Shown piece after piece: positions 11,213 through 22,347 of a stretch of 64,000 nt of DNA; the stretch's first letter is position 1; the number at the start of each line of letters is the position of its first letter. Source of the stretch: Strigamia acuminata. Lineage: Eukaryota. A program made the position numbers and the translations under genes. The notes below the pieces were generated by a model, which worked only from the letters and a program-made list of their open reading frames with translations, was not told the DNA's origin and did not search any database. The stretch is from contig OX442314.1 in the NCBI GenBank assembly GCA_949358305.1, positions 30,256,001 to 30,320,000 of the forward strand, in the 5' to 3' direction.

Positions 11213-14200
11213 ACCTCCGAAATCGGAATCAGAGAATGAAAATCTGAAGATAATGGAAGATGTTGGAGAAGTTATTGATGAATTAATTCGTCAAACAGAA
11301 CTAAAAGAAAAAGGATCTCTTGATGTAAAAAAGGAGATTGTCGGCGAAACCCCGACTGAAGAAGACACTTCCAATATTCAAGATAAAGTCGAAGTTAAAG
11401 ACGATAGACCAAGCTCAGTTCCAGAGACACCTGGAATTGAGGAGTGCATTAAGTTATTTGCAGCTACAACTCTTGATACCAATGAGTTATTAGATGAATT
11501 GCCTTTGGAGCCTCCAATTACAGTTCCTCATAAATTGCGCAAGTTTGAGTGCAAAGTGGCTGGAATACCAAACAGCCAAGACCTTCCGACGTTAAAGTTA
11601 GAAACGTTAAAAGGTGTAATAACCGGAATGTTGGACTCAGGAGCAAATAAAAGCTTCCTAGCCACTTCAGTTATTAATCAATTAGGTCTAGAAAAATATC
11701 TACGACCTATCGGACCTGGTGTCAGAGTTACGACGGCAAGTGAAGAAGTCACTCCAGATGGAACCATCCATCTTTCATTTCGATGGACACATGGCACGTT
11801 ACGTCATCCGTTCATCGTAATACCAAATAAGTATCCAATGGTACTATTGGGTTGCGATTTTATGAATAAATTAAAAATCCAACCTAATCCACAGACGATG
11901 TCTTGGAATTTCACGCAACCTATGGATGCAGATTTACCCTACATTCCACAAGCGTTGCTGGATCGTTATTTGGAGAAAATAGAGGAACCCGATTCCTCAT
12001 TTATGACCTTTGCAAAAGCTTACGCTGCAAGTGTAACTCAAGGCAAAATTGATGAAGAGAATTTCATCCAAAAGTTAGTCGAAGAAGCTAACTTAAATTT
12101 GGAGCAATCCAAATTATTAGAAAAGATGTTATCCAAACATAAAAGGATTATTTCTAAAGATCCAGGTAAAACACACCTGGTTAAGCACAAAATTGAGCTT
12201 GACACGGAGAAACCCATCCGTGTCCCCTTTAAGAGCATAAAACCTCAAAAAAGGGAAATAATCAGACAACTTTGTCAAGACATGATTGACAAAGGCGTAG
12301 TCGTCAAAGCTGAAGGCGATTACGGAATGAGGCCAGTCCTAGTCATGCGACCAGGAAACGACCCACGCTTGTGCATTGATTTTCGCCCCATCAATACACA
12401 TACTAAGTACAACCCACCTCAAATGCCAACAATTGAGGAAATTCTGCGAGAAATCGGAGAATTCGAGTGGGTCAGTACTATAGATCTGACCAAGGGATAT
12501 TGGCAGATAGAATTGCGCCCTGAAGACAGAGAAAAAACTGCCTTCTGGAGCCCAATGGGAAGACTAATGTTTTTAGTCATGCCTTTCGGATTAGTAAACG
12601 CACCAACTACCTTCCAAGAATTAATGGAAAAAGTTTTGGGTGACGTTTACAGAAAATTTGCATGGGCATATTTGGATGACATAATTGTTGTATCCAAATC
12701 GTTCGAAGAACACATTAAACATTTAGATATAGTGTTTAAAAAATTGGCAGAAGCTAATTTACATGCGCACCCTGGCAAGACGCATCTCTGTAGAAAGGAA
12801 TTAATTTTCCTAGGCTACAAAGTAGGAGTAGAAGGACTTGCAGTAGACCCTAAAAAAGTCGCTGCAATTACGCAATTTCCTGCTCCTACCAATCTTAAGG
12901 AATTACAAAGATTTCTAGGCATGGTGAATTTCTTTCACCGCCTAATCAAGAATTTGGCCACAGTGGCAGAACCACTAAGGCCACTCTTGAAGAAAGATGC
13001 GGAGTTCGATTGGGAACTGCATCATCAAGCAGCATTCGACGCAATAAAAGACCTGCTTACGAATGCTGAAACAATGAAGATGCCTGACTTGTACATGCCA
13101 TTTATTGTTCATACTGACGCCAGTAAACAAGGGTTGGGTGCAGCCCTTACACAAAAGAAAATTGTGGATGGCCAAGAAGTCGAAATGCCATGCGTGTATG
13201 CAAGCAGAAGCTTGCAACCCGCTGAAAAGAATTATACTGTGACAGAATTAGAATGTCTCGCAGTAGTATGGGGATTACGCAAATTTCGCCCATACTTAGA
13301 GTACACTACATTCACTGTACAAACGGATCACCAAGCACTTAAGTGGTTGATGTCGTTATCTGACCCGTCGGGCAGATTAGCTCGTTGGCAAATGGAGCTA
13401 ATGGCGTATTCGTTCGAAATACAATACGTCAAAGGTCCGCTGAATGTAATAGCAGACGCATTGTCACGTGCACCTGTCAGCGCACCTGACGAACCAGAAG
13501 ACGATGGCGATAATGATGATTTATTATCATATTGTCCATCTCCTTGCCGAAGTTGGCAAATGGGAAAATTGAACGAATTACCCAAGTCAATAATAGTTAA
13601 TGACGACGATCAAGCATTAATTAATTTTTGTAATAACATGCATGATCCGTCAGGAACCCCTGACGTCGAATTAAGAGCTATGATGGCTAAAAAATTCGAG
13701 CTGCCAACAACAAATGTTTTAATTAAAGCATTTGCAGCTAAAATTGCGAAGCAATTAGAATGTGATCCTCCAACGAGAGATGACATTATTGCAGCGCAAA
13801 AAGCAGACGAATTTTGCCAACATATTCGCAATTACTTGCTAAACAAGCAATATCCAAGTTACATAGTAACTCGTCTTCAAAGAAGAAACTTTGAAAGACA
13901 CGCGAGTACTTATCTCATTGAAGAAGATATGCTACTCCATTATCATCCTACCTCCACCGATGAATTGGGAGAGGATGGTAGGGCACTTAAAGTTGTTGTG
14001 CCAAGAAAATTGATTTATAAAATCATTTGGTTGATGCACGGACATCCACTGTCCGGCCACCCAGGCATTGCGAGGACAATGTACCGAACTCGAAGAGTTT
14101 ATACCTGGAAAGGTATGAAACGTGATATTACACGTTTTATTCAACATTGTCAAGGATGTCAGGCATGTAAGCCGAGATCAAAGACCGAAATTGAAGACGC

Positions 14201-15425
14201 TCAAATTGGACCATTTGGACCATTTGACTGCCTCAGTGTGGATTTGTCTGGTCCCAAACCAAGAACCAGAAAAAACAATACCCACATTTGCGTCATCGTA
14301 GATGTCGCTACACATTGGCCCGAATTATTTCCAATGTGTAATCCAACGGCAATAAAAGTTGCCAACACAATTTATCACTTATCAATGACTTTCGGATTTC
14401 CGAGACAAATCATAAGTGATAATGGACCACAATTTCGATCACAGGTCTATAAAGAATTTTGCAAAAAATTCGACATGTCGCGAACACCGACATCGATTTA
14501 TCATCCACAAAGCAATCCTGTGGAGAGAACCAATCGAGATATTAAATATTTAGTTTCGATTTATTTAGATATTCATGACCAATGGGATGAGTATCTACGC
14601 GAATTTGCATTCAGTTTGAGAACAACTGTAACAAGAGGCAGAGATTATTCTCCTGCTTTCTTAAATTTTTTCCGAGAATTAAGAATTCCTTGGGATCCAA
14701 GAATTCCGGAAGGAATTTTAGTCATTGATCCAAAAAATCCGCATTTATATGTTCAGAAATTAGAAACAATAATTGCAGAGACGTATCAGCATATGATGTC
14801 TCACGTCTTAGATTTGAGACGCCGTGTCGAAGCTGAAAAATCAGATAAGAAATTCGACAACTTCAGACAAAATGATTTAGTCTGGCGAGAGTCTCATATT
14901 CTCTCAAATGCCGCTAAAGGAATAGCAGCAGGCATTTCACCGAAAAGGAATGGGCCTTATGTAATTATCAAAAGGTTACAAGGAGGCGCCTTTCAACTTC
15001 GACGGCTGAGTGATAATAAAATTTATCCAGCTGTTCACGGCACTGAATTAATGCCGTACTTTCCCGTTTTCAACCAAGAAATTTGGCTGGAAGGGGAGGA
15101 AGTGGGTCAAAAAACAAAGAATATTGTTAATACCTTGGATGATGCTAAATTATCCAAAATTCCTGTCGAAAACACGGAATCGAGTAAAAAATCGAAACTC
15201 AAAAATAACGAAGTCGATGAAATAAACCAGCGACTTGAAAATGTTTCTCTTGATGAAAATCTAGAAAAGGAAATGTTTTTAGAAAAAGAGAAAATTTCAA
15301 ACAATGAAGTATATAACTCATCTGACATTGGAGACGATGCTGATGACAATCTAAACAAGTTGGATTGTACTTCGCGAAAGTCAAAGTACAACTTGAGATC
15401 TCGCGTTCCGCGAGCCAAGACATAG
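11166..15425 (+). CDS. pol: Pol polyprotein (protease, RT, RNase H, integrase), probably expressed as a Gag-Pol frameshift fusion
   Basis: Motifs: LDSGA protease; LCIDFR, MPFGLVNAP and YLDD of RT; TDAS...ELECLAV...TDH of RNase H; HHCC (HGHPLSGH...CQGC); DDE (VDLSG, SDNG, VERTN); GPY. The frame is uninterrupted and the track start is a GTG. Confidence 0.97.
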   Translation, partial: KKLVDADPSGLVDAASPPKSESENENLKIMEDVGEVIDELIRQTELKEKGSLDVKKEIVGETPTEEDTSNIQDKVEVKDDRPSSVPETPGIEECIKLFAATTLDTNELLDELPLEPPITVPHKLRKFECKVAGIPNSQDLPTLKLETLKGVITGMLDSGANKSFLATSVINQLGLEKYLRPIGPGVRVTTASEEVTPDGTIHLSFRWTHGTLRHPFIVIPNKYPMVLLGCDFMNKLKIQPNPQTMSWNFTQPMDADLPYIPQALLDRYLEKIEEPDSSFMTFAKAYAASVTQGKIDEENFIQKLVEEANLNLEQSKLLEKMLSKHKRIISKDPGKTHLVKHKIELDTEKPIRVPFKSIKPQKREIIRQLCQDMIDKGVVVKAEGDYGMRPVLVMRPGNDPRLCIDFRPINTHTKYNPPQMPTIEEILREIGEFEWVSTIDLTKGYWQIELRPEDREKTAFWSPMGRLMFLVMPFGLVNAPTTFQELMEKVLGDVYRKFAWAYLDDIIVVSKSFEEHIKHLDIVFKKLAEANLHAHPGKTHLCRKELIFLGYKVGVEGLAVDPKKVAAITQFPAPTNLKELQRFLGMVNFFHRLIKNLATVAEPLRPLLKKDAEFDWELHHQAAFDAIKDLLTNAETMKMPDLYMPFIVHTDASKQGLGAALTQKKIVDGQEVEMPCVYASRSLQPAEKNYTVTELECLAVVWGLRKFRPYLEYTTFTVQTDHQALKWLMSLSDPSGRLARWQMELMAYSFEIQYVKGPLNVIADALSRAPVSAPDEPEDDGDNDDLLSYCPSPCRSWQMGKLNELPKSIIVNDDDQALINFCNNMHDPSGTPDVELRAMMAKKFELPTTNVLIKAFAAKIAKQLECDPPTRDDIIAAQKADEFCQHIRNYLLNKQYPSYIVTRLQRRNFERHASTYLIEEDMLLHYHPTSTDELGEDGRALKVVVPRKLIYKIIWLMHGHPLSGHPGIARTMYRTRRVYTWKGMKRDITRFIQHCQGCQACKPRSKTEIEDAQIGPFGPFDCLSVDLSGPKPRTRKNNTHICVIVDVATHWPELFPMCNPTAIKVANTIYHLSMTFGFPRQIISDNGPQFRSQVYKEFCKKFDMSRTPTSIYHPQSNPVERTNRDIKYLVSIYLDIHDQWDEYLREFAFSLRTTVTRGRDYSPAFLNFFRELRIPWDPRIPEGILVIDPKNPHLYVQKLETIIAETYQHMMSHVLDLRRRVEAEKSDKKFDNFRQNDLVWRESHILSNAAKGIAAGISPKRNGPYVIIKRLQGGAFQLRRLSDNKIYPAVHGTELMPYFPVFNQEIWLEGEEVGQKTKNIVNTLDDAKLSKIPVENTESSKKSKLKNNEVDEINQRLENVSLDENLEKEMFLEKEKISNNEVYNSSDIGDDADDNLNKLDCTSRKSKYNLRSRVPRAKT

Positions 15426-15469
15426 TGTTGTCTTTCACCTTTTGGGTTTACCCAAAAGATCCGAGAAAG

Positions 15470-15663
15470 CAATCTCGTGACGTCATTCGTAGTACCCACT
15501 CGAATGACAACGTTAATCATACGTTATAATTAGTGACGTCACAAAGCGTCTCTAATCCAAGTTCGTGTTTGCAATCAACGAACTTAGTCACTTTTTCAAA
15601 AGTTTCGAGAGTGTATGCATCGCATCGCCTACGTTACGACCCGAATAGTTCGACAACCTGATC
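15470..15663 (+). promoter_or_regulatory. Putative internal promoter and non-coding first exon for ORF3
   Basis: Two TGACGTCA palindromes (15478-15485, 15534-15541), an Inr-like TTAGT at 15584 and a perfect donor GTAAGT at 15664. Confidence 0.5.
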
Positions 15664-15767
15664 GTAAGTAATTTTTCTGTATGAAAAATTTGATAAAACA
15701 TAAGATTTATGTATTATTTCTCTTTCAAGACGAAAGAATTTCCGAAATTACCGGAAAACGAAAGAGA

Positions 15768-18407
15768 ATGGACGAGGAAGCGATCCAACTCCAGGCGGAC
15801 GGAGAAATGCCCATGGAAGGGGCAAATGAAGACGTTCAATTGACGCTTCAACAACGGGTAAATTATTAGAATAAATTTTTACCAAGTGTTTAAGTCAGAA
15901 AAATTGAGTAATTTCACTTTTCCTGACTTCAAACACAAGCCGCTAAAAAATAAAAATGGCGGCTATAAAAGTCACGTGCTTCAAGCATGTGCGAAGGGAG
16001 TTGCCATGACAACCAACATCCCTTAGTGACTCACAGCCACAAGCGCTAAGCTTAAAAAATATTTCAAATAAGAAATTATTTGTTTATTTTTAAATAAACT
16101 AATTTATTTATTTTTCTTCGAATATAGATCGAGAGGGATCGAGAAACACCATTCGCGCTTCCCGATCACGTGCCGACTCAGCACCCGCTGATTTTTCGAG
16201 CGGCATTGCCCGAAAAAATCAGAAGACTGAAGACGGCAAACAATACCTGGTGGAAGTTGCGCCACGACTTCAGCAGATCAGCGCTGCAAGGATTTGGTGC
16301 AAAAGGAAGATTCATCGAGCGCCTTCACGTGGACGGTGTCGATGAAATCGAGTGGACGCTCGACGAGAGCCCCCCAGGACCGCTTGCAGCAGAGTTGCTG
16401 CACAACCAGTGGCCAGTGACGCCACGAGAGCGTCACGAGCGCAGAAGAGCGCTAAAGAGTACCGGAATTAATTACGGTGCTCTAACCCAATTGAGGAAGA
16501 ACCTCAAGACGACACAACGCGAAGTCGTTAAACGGTATCGCAAATCCGTTCGTGACGGGAACCCACAACTTCCCGTCACACAAACCGAGCTCCACCAGTT
16601 GGCGCTCGCCGGGTGTTTTAACGATTTTCCGGGATTTTTCCCGTCCAAAGCACTCCGAGCTGCCGCGGTGCAGCTTCGCGTCGACGAAAATCGACAACTG
16701 GCTCGAGAACACGAGGCAGAGGAGCAAGCGCGTTGCGCTCTCCCTTTTTATCAAGAAGATGGAATTCCGGCCCCAGCGGCCATCAATCCTCCGCCGCAAG
16801 ACGAGGATTTGAGGGTGGGGCAACTCCCTCCGCCGGTTCCAGTCCGACCGATGTTCCGCGAATCAAGCCGCGATCGAGAGGAACGTCAGAAGCGATCACG
16901 CCCATATTCGACTGACGCGCAGCCATCACGCCCGCAGTCGCGACGAGGACGGACACCAGAGTCGTTTGGCTCGTCGTCTTCGCTGAGTTTTGAATCGGAC
17001 TCCACAATTAAGTCCGCCCGAAGTAGCCGAACCGCCTCCACGTTCAAAGTGGACAACTCGGCTACTCCATACGCCATGAGACGTGTTGTCGGTGATATTT
17101 CTCCCGACTGTAGCGTGCCAGTACCTGGACATGCTAGCCGCTTGCCCGAACAAGGATATGTTTCCCGCTTGCCGGCTGGAGTTAGCAACCTGCAACTCCG
17201 GCCATTTTTTAGTGAGTCATTCGGCCCACAATGGACCTGCTACGAGCAGCAACCCATTAGAGCACAGCAGGAAGTGCTCCAGAAGCTGGACGCATACCAA
17301 AGCGCCCAGATCGCCGAGTCGCAGAAGGACTGGCAGAGACTAGCTGAAAGGCTAGAAGTCTCCGACATCAATACCATTGATGATCCCCGTCTGATGGATT
17401 TTCAGCGTCAGCTAATTCCGGGGATGACTAGGGTGTTGTACCCTGGTGTTCTTCCTTCGCCAGGACAGGCGTTAGCGGCCATTACGTACCTTTGGACCGC
17501 GCCGATGGGCCTGTCGGAGAAGAAAGTCGAGCTGTGGTACCACCTCAGGCTCGACCCGCCTACGATCTTAGCCGAGCTAATAAAGCAAGTCGTAGCAAAC
17601 GGTGAGACCGAAGAAGAGGCCGCCGTTCGGTTGCGAACCGAGTGGTCCTTTGCGAAGGCCACGGCGCGAATGACCGGAAGACCACCGCTTCCAGTTACAA
17701 GCGCCACAGCAGCTGCGTCACTGGCTGTTTTCCAGTCGGCCCAAGAGGGCGCTGGATGTTCATTTTGGCCAGAGAACGCCGGAAGTTCTCAAACTCCAGC
17801 CGGAGTTCAACGGGTAGTCGAAACCCGTCAGCTCCCCGGTGTGGGTCGAGCACCGGGACGAGGCGTCACACCCTCGTCAACCTCCGCACCCGCGTTGGTT
17901 TTCTTGGGCCCGCAGTGCCATTTTGACGATGCCACGACGGAAGACTCACGTCCGCCGCCGCCGCCAGCCAAGCCGGAGACGAAGGTCAAGCCGCTGAAAA
18001 AAGAGTCGGCTTTCAAGACCCTGATGCGCCTGTATCCGCACTTCTATTTGACGCCGGATACGCGAACACTGCTTAGCAACAACCACAAGTTGTCGAGGCA
18101 GGTGTTTATGTGGCTCGAGGACCACATCCGGGTGTTAAGCCCACCATCAGTGCTCCACGATCGACTCCTGAGAGCACGATTGGCGCCAGAGGATCCCATA
18201 GAGTTTGCGGCGCTAGGATTTTTCAACCGAGCGAACTCGGCGAGAATCATCCAGGTTTGGCTTCATGTCAACCCTGGAATGGTCTCCGGACCAAACGCAG
18301 GTCGCGACCTGTGTACGGTTAACGAGCGGTCCAACCCGAGGGACGACACCACGGATATGATGCGCCCGTTGACGCCTGAGCGAACTCAGACCATGGACGA
18401 ATCATAA
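15768..18407 (+). CDS. Spliced third gene of the retrotransposon (ORF3), ~789 aa, unknown function, not env-like; coding exons 15768-15857 and 16128-18407
   Basis: The ATG at 15768 reads MDEEAIQ...LQQR to a donor GTAAAT at 15858. A branch-like CTAAT (~16099), pyrimidine tract and acceptor TAG at 16127 join in phase 0 to the 745-aa ORF, which itself lacks an early ATG. No signal peptide or transmembrane segment is visible. Confidence 0.8.
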
Positions 18408-18446
18408 ATTGGTTCGTTCATTTTCTCTCCATGTAAGATTCGTCTT

Positions 18447-18459
18447 AAATGGGGGGATG
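18447..18459 (+). promoter_or_regulatory. Polypurine tract
   Basis: AAATGGGGGGATG immediately before the 3' LTR. Confidence 0.8.
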
Positions 18460-19418
18460 TGTGGTGATCTCAAAATATTCACCAACTTAGAAGATTAAAT
18501 TAATTATCTTCTAATTAATTTGACTGTGGCACACGCCAAGTCAGATCATGTGACCGAGGGGAGAAATCCTCTCTAGGCACATATCACCCCAGGTTGTCCG
18601 GGGTGAAAACGGTTATTAGCCGTTATGGTGCAATATGGTGTAATAACCACTAGTTGCACCCATTTGAGCTAAGTGCGCAGGTTTTCTGCGCAATATTGAA
18701 GCGTGCTGGGCTCGCGTCTTGGCTCAAATCGGGACTCTGAAAAATACAACAACAACCTCAACATCACTGCGATATCTGCTCCGACAATACGTATTGATAG
18801 AGGACCGTTGTAACTCAGTTTCACCTGCTATCTTTGTGCCACCCAAAGCACAAAGCCAGCAATTCTGCTTGAATTAGCCGTAGCTAATTCCAGCAAACGA
18901 GAAGAAGAAGTTTCCCGACGATCGTGAACCATCGCCGTCGCTGCCGCGCGAACGACAGCCACCGCCATCGTACGAGAGCCGGACGCCTACAGCCGTCAAC
19001 CACCGCCGCCGAGCCGTCGCACGAGCCGTAGAAGGAGCCCACGAGAACCATCGTCTTCGACCATCGTTCGTGAGTTCAGCAAACGAAGACAATTCGCCTT
19101 CGCCTAACAACTGTGTGTTGTTTAAGCGCCATTTTAGCGCTTTGTAGCTTGCAACAGTCGTTGCAAGCCCTTCCATTGTTCCCGCTCATTTCATTTCGCG
19201 ACTTGTCGCCATTGTGATATTTTTAACTAGTCATTGTAATTTAAACGAATAAATACATATTTGTGATTTTTATTAATAAAACTGTCTTTTTATTTCTTTT
19301 CCTTAAACTTAACCCCTAGATAATTTAAGGCCGCCGATTGTAAGTCTTTTATAGCATTCACCTGCGGTTTCTGCTTAATTTATTAGAAATTAAGTGGATA
19401 AAAACCCGGATCGCAGCA
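18460..19418 (+). repeat. 3' LTR (959 bp)
   Basis: Same length and, by eye, same sequence as 7082-8040; the track shows an identical 100-aa antisense ORF in both LTRs. Confidence 0.97.
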
Positions 19419-19774
19419 GTACGTAAAGGATATCTACATTGATACGAGTGTATCACCAGGCAATTAATGTAAGCTGTTACATCTATCTCAGTCTTTTTAG
19501 CTCAATAGTTCGCCCGTGATGTGCAAGCACTGGGCAAAAACGTAACGCACAACTAAAATCAATAAATCTACAATTAAGATAATACGCAAATAGAACCCGA
19601 AAATAAACTTAACACAAGAATAAAATTTTTTTAAATAAAAATTTACAAAGACAAAAAAATTGAAGATTGAACATTTTTATTTCCAATTTCAAATATTTTA
19701 CATCGGCATTAAACTGACAATACTCACTATTAAACTACAGTAGGAAATTAAATTAATATATACAAAATGTGCAT

Positions 19775-21440
19775 TTAAAATCTCGCTATTAATAACTCCA
19801 GCAACCCAACTATGACCGACAACAGCATTCCACAGACAAACAGGACGACTGGGCCACGTATCTGACCAAACGAAATTGGATAGAAGAAATTATCCTCGCC
19901 GCAGTCTTGCCACGGGTTTAAGTAATGCGAAGACAAGAGGTGTAAGAATCCACATTCCTTCAACTGGATGATTCTGCCATGTTCATTAAAAAAATTAATT
20001 GATAATTAATTCTAGAAATACACTAGTATATATAGTTACTTTTGATTGAAGAACTCTTTGTAAGCAAACTTTTTCGAAAAAGCCAGTGGCACAAATATAC
20101 CGTACACGGGTTTTTCGGCAACTGTTAAACTACAGTTTGTCACTGAATGTTTGGTTGCAATGAATCCAGCTTTTTGCTGGAATACTGCGTCAATTCCTTC
20201 CTTTGCATTTTTTACTTTCAGATATGATGCATTGGGAAATAACGTCTGTTAGAATTAAATACAGCATTTGTTTACTGTTATTATGATTTATTGTTATCAG
20301 TTAAACAAAAACCTTAAAGTTGTGTTCAGGGCCACTACTCTCTAAAATGACAGGTAAATAATCCGTATTGTGAACCATTTCCTCAAGTGAGTGAAATGGA
20401 GTTTTAATATTAGTCGTTGCAAACAAAGCTGTCAACAGTGAAGTGTAAACAGATAAAAGCACTGTTGACAACGTCAGAAAAACAACGAGACAAAATTTCA
20501 AAGAATGCAATGATGGAAATGATAAATTGCCTGAAACAAACATCAAAAATGCATTCAATTAATTAATTAATGTCAATTGTACGAACCTACTACGACAATT
20601 GGCCACCAGAGGAGAATCTTATTTATAAAACCTACTACACTTCTTGAAATTGAATTTAAACTTGTCGACTTGTCCATTAAAATAAGAAAAATGGTCATCA
20701 AATTGACAGCAAATATGCTTAGCCACACATTCGTGCTGAATGCTTTCAAGAAGTTAGTCAGAGACGATTCACGGTAATCCAATTTTCGATACACAATTTT
20801 TACTTGCATTTCAAATAAAGAAAGCGAGTGTTCAACATAGTCTCTCCTCTTTCGAGTAAGACCTAGATTAGTGGCAATATCCGCTGTCTAAAAAAGAAAC
20901 CAAATTATTTGATTTATAGCTTATCACTTTATCAGCAAATATTATTTTTGTATAATCAGGGTATTATTGGAAAACAAACAATACTTACTCCATGTACAAG
21001 TTCACCCATCAATCCATCCCATTTTCCATCTCGAATTTCACCAAAAACCATCCCTTTAATTTCAGTCAACTTAAAGCTAAATTGAAAATAAAGTAACAAC
21101 AAAATTCGATCACCATATGATCATTACCTAATATTATAATTTGTACGAAAGATGGACAACAGTTGTCCAAAATAACCATCCATTATTACTGAATTGTTTT
21201 CCTCTCTGAAGATAACACATGGCGGTAACTGCAAGTTGTATGTTGAAATAAAAGAAAAGAAAAAGGCAAAGAAGATGAAACGTGACGATTGGTTCAATTT
21301 AAAGTTTTAAATTCTACAAAATCAACGTTAGCGTAGGAAGTGCGTACCGTAAATGCTGCTATTTCAATTGGTGTATTACTCGTGTCAGGTATATTCCTTG
21401 ACGTAATCTTTAATTTCATAAAATGTAAAACTCGTTAGAT
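19775..21440 (-). CDS. Divergent ionotropic receptor (IR/iGluR-related chemoreceptor), multi-exon; 5' end uncertain
   Basis: Approximate exons: 21348-21430, 21128-21228, 20989-21076, 20587-20887, 20313-20530, 20040-20245, 19775-19973. They encode YPP...DGYFGQLL, FGEIRDGKWDGLMGELVHG-TADIATNLGLTRKRRDYVEHS (S1), FLKAFSTNVW (pre-M1), YTSLLTALF...TPFHSLEEM (M3/S2) and a C-terminal TM ending LLELLIARF. Confidence 0.82.
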
Positions 21441-22347
21441 TGGAAATATTGTTTTTGAAAGCTCGTCCAATTGTGTCAATTTTGTTTTCAATTAAAACAC
21501 ACATTAAAAACCTTATTTGGGGTTCGTGGAGGTAATAACCAGCGAATAAAAGATGAAAATAAATGGGTGTATTGTGTATTGTCTTTTGCAGAGTTTAAAA
21601 GAAGCCAAAATTGGCACTCAAAGCACTTCTTTACGGCGTAGATACTCACTTTTAAAATATTTTTTGAAAAGATACCTAAAAGAAAATTAAAATAATTTTA
21701 GAATTTAAGCGTTGTACAAAAAACATCACCAGTTTGCAGCGGAGAAATTCCAACGGTAATTTTCGAACTCATCTGAGTCAAATTTGCTGCGGCTGAAAAG
21801 CTTACACAGCTAACTATAGGAAGAAGAAATAACGCATGAAAATGGCTTTTTGCCCTCTTTGTCCTCAACTCACTTACACAGAACTGCATACAAGTGCAAC
21901 ATCTTCGATATCAAACAGAAAAGTTAAACTACAAATTTCACCAATTTGCTGAAAATTGCTGATAACAAAACTCCCACGACTAAGCAACTTGTAAAGCAAA
22001 AAGATGTTTGAACAGTGCGTGAGAGCAAAGAAATTGGAACAAATTAAAAATGAATGAAACTGTACTATCGATTAAAAAATTACTAATTTTTTTTAATATC
22101 ACAATGTAGGTCCTCAACACAATGTAGTAATTTGCCGCTATTTTGCCTCTATGTGTATTGTCCAGTGTTCTGAAGGTCTGATACACAATAAATATAGTAA
22201 TTTGCTGCTTTTTCAAATTATACCAAATCAATATCTAATCCGTGTGCACTTTTAAATTTCGTTTAGCTAAAATTTTGCTCATACTGTAATTAATGTTCGT
22301 GATCGATGAAAATGTTGTACAAAGCTTGATCAATAGTCATTAACCAA

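Larger units (their letters stand above)
7082..19418 (+). mobile_element. Full-length Ty3/Gypsy LTR retrotransposon (~12.3 kb) with three genes
   Basis: Two 959-bp TG...CA direct repeats; 4-bp TSD GTAC (7078-7081 and 19419-19422); PBS and PPT; gag; pol in PR-RT-RH-IN order. Confidence 0.98.

Noticed and set aside
16170..18407. ORF3 as an env gene
   Set aside because: No signal peptide, transmembrane anchor or Cys-rich ectodomain is visible; the composition is Pro/Ser/Arg-rich and looks intracellular.
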